64,000 nucleotides of DNA from Phyllobates terribilis. Taxonomy: Eukaryota. Positions 61,075-64,000 of the stretch are shown piece by piece. Made by a program: the position numbers and the translations under genes. Location: NCBI RefSeq assembly GCF_046119375.1, contig NW_027362771.1, forward strand, positions 586,334,001 to 586,398,000, read 5' to 3'. The notes under the pieces were generated by a model. That model was not told the origin of the DNA, did not search any database, and saw only the letters and a program-made list of their open reading frames with translations. The number at the start of each line of letters is the position of its first letter. Within the stretch, counting starts at the first letter, position 1.

Positions 61075-62169
61075 TATGTATCTGGACAGATGAAAGTAAT
61101 TAAAGCACAACCTAATATTTTCCTGCCCCACATACAGCCAAAGCCCTGACTTGGACTCGGGCAACCTATTTCAAATATGCTATCAAACCGGATCTACTGC
61201 TGACGTCTCCGAGAATCATTCATCACTCCTTACTTATTATCAAAAAAAGTACATCTTCCCCTCTGTCCTCCTTCTAAGACGTCACTGGCCTCTTAGCCAA
61301 TTTTCATCCCCCCCCCCCCCCTTTCACAAGATTTTAATTTTTACGTTTTTCTACATTTTTCCATTTTCCTATATTTTTCAGTTTTGAACGACACCGTTCA
61401 TTTTACCATATCATGTACCGAAAACTTAGAAAAATAAAACAAATGCAGTGAAATGGCAAAAAAAAAAGAAGCACATTCGTTGTCCAGTACGATTACGGCG
61501 ACACCAAACTTGTAAAAATTGAAAAAAAATTACCGTAAAAAAAAAAAAATTGGTGTCTGTCGCCATTTTCTGACACCCGTAGATTTTGTTTTTGTCTATC
61601 GATGAGGCTGTGTGAGGGCTTGTTTTTTGTGTTGTTAGTTGATGTTTTTATTGATACCATTTTTGGGTACACACAATGTTTTGATCGCTTTTTATTGCAA
61701 TTTTGAGGGGAGAACCAGTGACCAAAAATGGCAATTTTGGACTTTTCTTTCTTTACTTGCATACTCATTGCATGTACAATATGGGTTAAATAATTTTATG
61801 TTTTAATGGATAGGACTTTTATGGATGTGGCAAAGCCGAATATATATAATTTTTTTTTAATGAATTTATTTTTAATGGGGGAAAAGGAGTGATTAAATTT
61901 TTTATTTTTTTTTTACTTTATTTTTTAGTTTAATTCAGGGGCTTGAACCTGCGTTCATATGATCACTTGTTCTATCACTGTTGCATTACAGTTGTATTTA
62001 GGGGAAATCAGTGTCTCCTATAAAGCCTGACCCATGGGTGGGCTTAACAGGAATACCATCAACGGCCACGGCGGTCTAGAGCAGGAGCGACCCCGCCTGT
62101 CCCTGCAACCCGTCGGCACCCTGCCATGCTGTAAGTGATGGAGCTGAGGTGGTACATGCAGGTCCGGCT

Positions 62170-63715
62170 GACCTGGAGTCTGAATTAATGAATGGGACTG
62201 GTCTTGGACTGAATATAATTTGAGGTCTGGTCTGGGGTCTGTACTAATTTTTGGGTATGGTCTGGGGATTTGAAGGTATTAAGGGTTCTGGAGCAGGGCC
62301 TGGATTTATTTAGCGTTCAGGTCCCCGGAATGAATTTAATTGAGGTTTTCTGTGGGATCTGAACATATTTAATGATCTGGGGTCTTAATTTATTTACAGG
62401 TCCGTTAAAGGGTGAGTTTTAATTTTGGGGTTTGGTTTGGGCTCTGAATTAATATAGGGTTTGGGTGTCTGAATTTATGTAGGGGGTCTGGTGTGGTGTC
62501 AGAATTTATTAGGGGCCTGGTGTGGTGTCAGAATTTATTAGGGGCCTGGTGTGGGGTCATAATGTATTGAGAAGGTCCAGTCTAGAGTCTAAACACCTTT
62601 AAGGGTCTAGTATTGGGAATGAATTTATTGAGGGGTCTGGTCTGCGGTCTGAACTTTTTTAATGTTTTAGTCTGTGGTCTGAATTTATTTTGAGGTTTTG
62701 TGGTCTGAATTTCTGTACAGGTCTACTCAAGGTTTAATAATTTTTGGATCTGAGCTTATTTTTGGTTCTAATCTGGAGGTGAAATGTATTTTGTGATCTG
62801 GTCTGAATTTATTTAGGGTCCTGATATGGGGACTTAGTATATTTAGGAGTCTGGTTTGGGGTCTGAACTTGTTTATGTTCTGCTCTCGGAACTGAGTATA
62901 TATAGAGTCTGGGGTCTAAGTTTATTTAGATGTCTACTACTCTTGGATCTGAGTTTATTTAGGGGTCTGGTCTGGGGTCTGAGTTTATTTAGGGGTCTGG
63001 TCTGGGGTCCGAACTTATTTAAGGTTCTAGTCAGGGCTTCTAAATTTATTTTAAGATCTGGGAGCTGAATTTATTTGGCGTTTTGTGGTCTGGATTATGT
63101 ACAGGTCTGGTCAAAGTTCAGTATTAATTCTGGGATCTGAACTTAGTTATGGGTGTAGTCTGTGGTCAACATTTATTTTAGGGTCTGGTATTAGGTCTGA
63201 ATTTATTTATGGTCCCGGTCTGGGGAGGGAGTATGTTAAGGGGCCTGGTCTGGTGTCTAAGTTTGTTTAGGGGTCTAGTCTGGGGTCTGAGTTTATTTAG
63301 GGGTCTGGTCTGGGGTTTGAATCTCTTAGAGGTGTACTCTCAGGTCTGAGCTTATTTAGGGGTCTGATCTGGATTATCAGAATTTATTTAGAGGTCTGAT
63401 CTAGGGATTGAGTTTATTTAGGGGTCTGGTCTGGGATCTGAGTTTAGTTAGGGGTCTGATCTGGGGTCTGAGTTTAGTTAGAGGTCTGGTCGGGGTCTAA
63501 ATCTCTTAGAGGTGTACTCTCAGGTCTGAGCTTATTTAAGGGTCTGACCTGGGTGGCGATAATTTATTTAGAGGTCTGATCTAGGGATTGAGTTTATTTA
63601 GGGCTCTGATCTGGAGTTTGAGTTTATTTAGGGATCTGATCTGGGGTCAGAGTTTACTTAGGGCTCTGGGGTTTGAGTTTATTTAGGGATCTGATCTGTG
63701 GTCTGAGTTTATACA
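62170..63715. repeat. Degenerate 30-bp GT-rich satellite (ggggtctggtctggggtctgaatttattta)
   Basis: Direct reading; units become more homogeneous toward the 3' end. Confidence 0.88.
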
Positions 63716-63789
63716 TATTAATAACATTTTATACTACGCCATGGGTACCTTTATCAGCGGGCGCCATTGATGCCCAGTTAGACTCTTTG

Positions 63790-63990
63790 AGTGCTGTACG
63801 CCAGCCTGACCTGTCTGTCCACCTCGGAGAAGATCAAAGAGAAAGGGGAGGTGGAGGAGGCAGGTACTAAAAGCAAAAACAGGGAGTATCCCACAAAACA
63901 CATACAGAAGCATTGGCATGGAGAAAGGGACAATCACTCTTTGCTTTCCAGCCTGTATCAGCTGTCAGACAGGGTGGAGGCGGCCATGCT
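63790..63990 (+). CDS. Candidate internal coding exon of an unidentified gene (...KGEVEEAGTKSKNREYPTKHIQKHWHGERDNHSLLSSLYQLSDRVEAAML)
   Basis: Open frame of protein-like composition ending at a consensus donor ct|gtgagt. The acceptor is ambiguous. Confidence 0.35.
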
Positions 63991-64000
63991 GTGAGTAATG

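Noticed and set aside
61400-62170. Probable interspersed repeat fragment
   Set aside because: It resembles common frog DNA-element interiors, but no termini or TSD could be defined, so it is not listed as a feature.

Overview
Vertebrate genomic DNA, most likely an anuran (frog); this is inferred from the repeat landscape and from synteny. About a third of the window is tandem repeat, and much of the rest is decayed transposons (Tc1, hAT, Harbinger, T2/Kolobok-type, L2, L1, Gypsy, a tRNA-SINE). I built spliced models by hand with phase-consistent GT-AG junctions: PSPN (+, 2 exons, 168 aa), ALKBH7 (-, 4 exons, 238 aa) and CLPP (-, 7 coding exons, first exon tentative, about 246 aa). They lie in the same order and relative orientation as at human 19p13.3. 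Between ALKBH7 and CLPP sits an extra + strand gene, head-to-head with ALKBH7: a 9-exon, 689-aa SSX2IP/ADIP-like paralog that appears to lack the N-terminal half. A probable further unidentified + strand gene starts 145 bp from the tentative CLPP ATG. The long ORFs in the supplied track (up to 1160 aa) are artefacts of stop-free satellite units. The main non-genic signal is that tandem arrays repeatedly sit inside DNA transposons. Examples are two multi-kb 30/31-bp satellites inside one hAT family and a 71-bp array made from the last codons and stop of a Tc1 transposase. No database searches were possible, so gene identities rest on recalled motifs and synteny.
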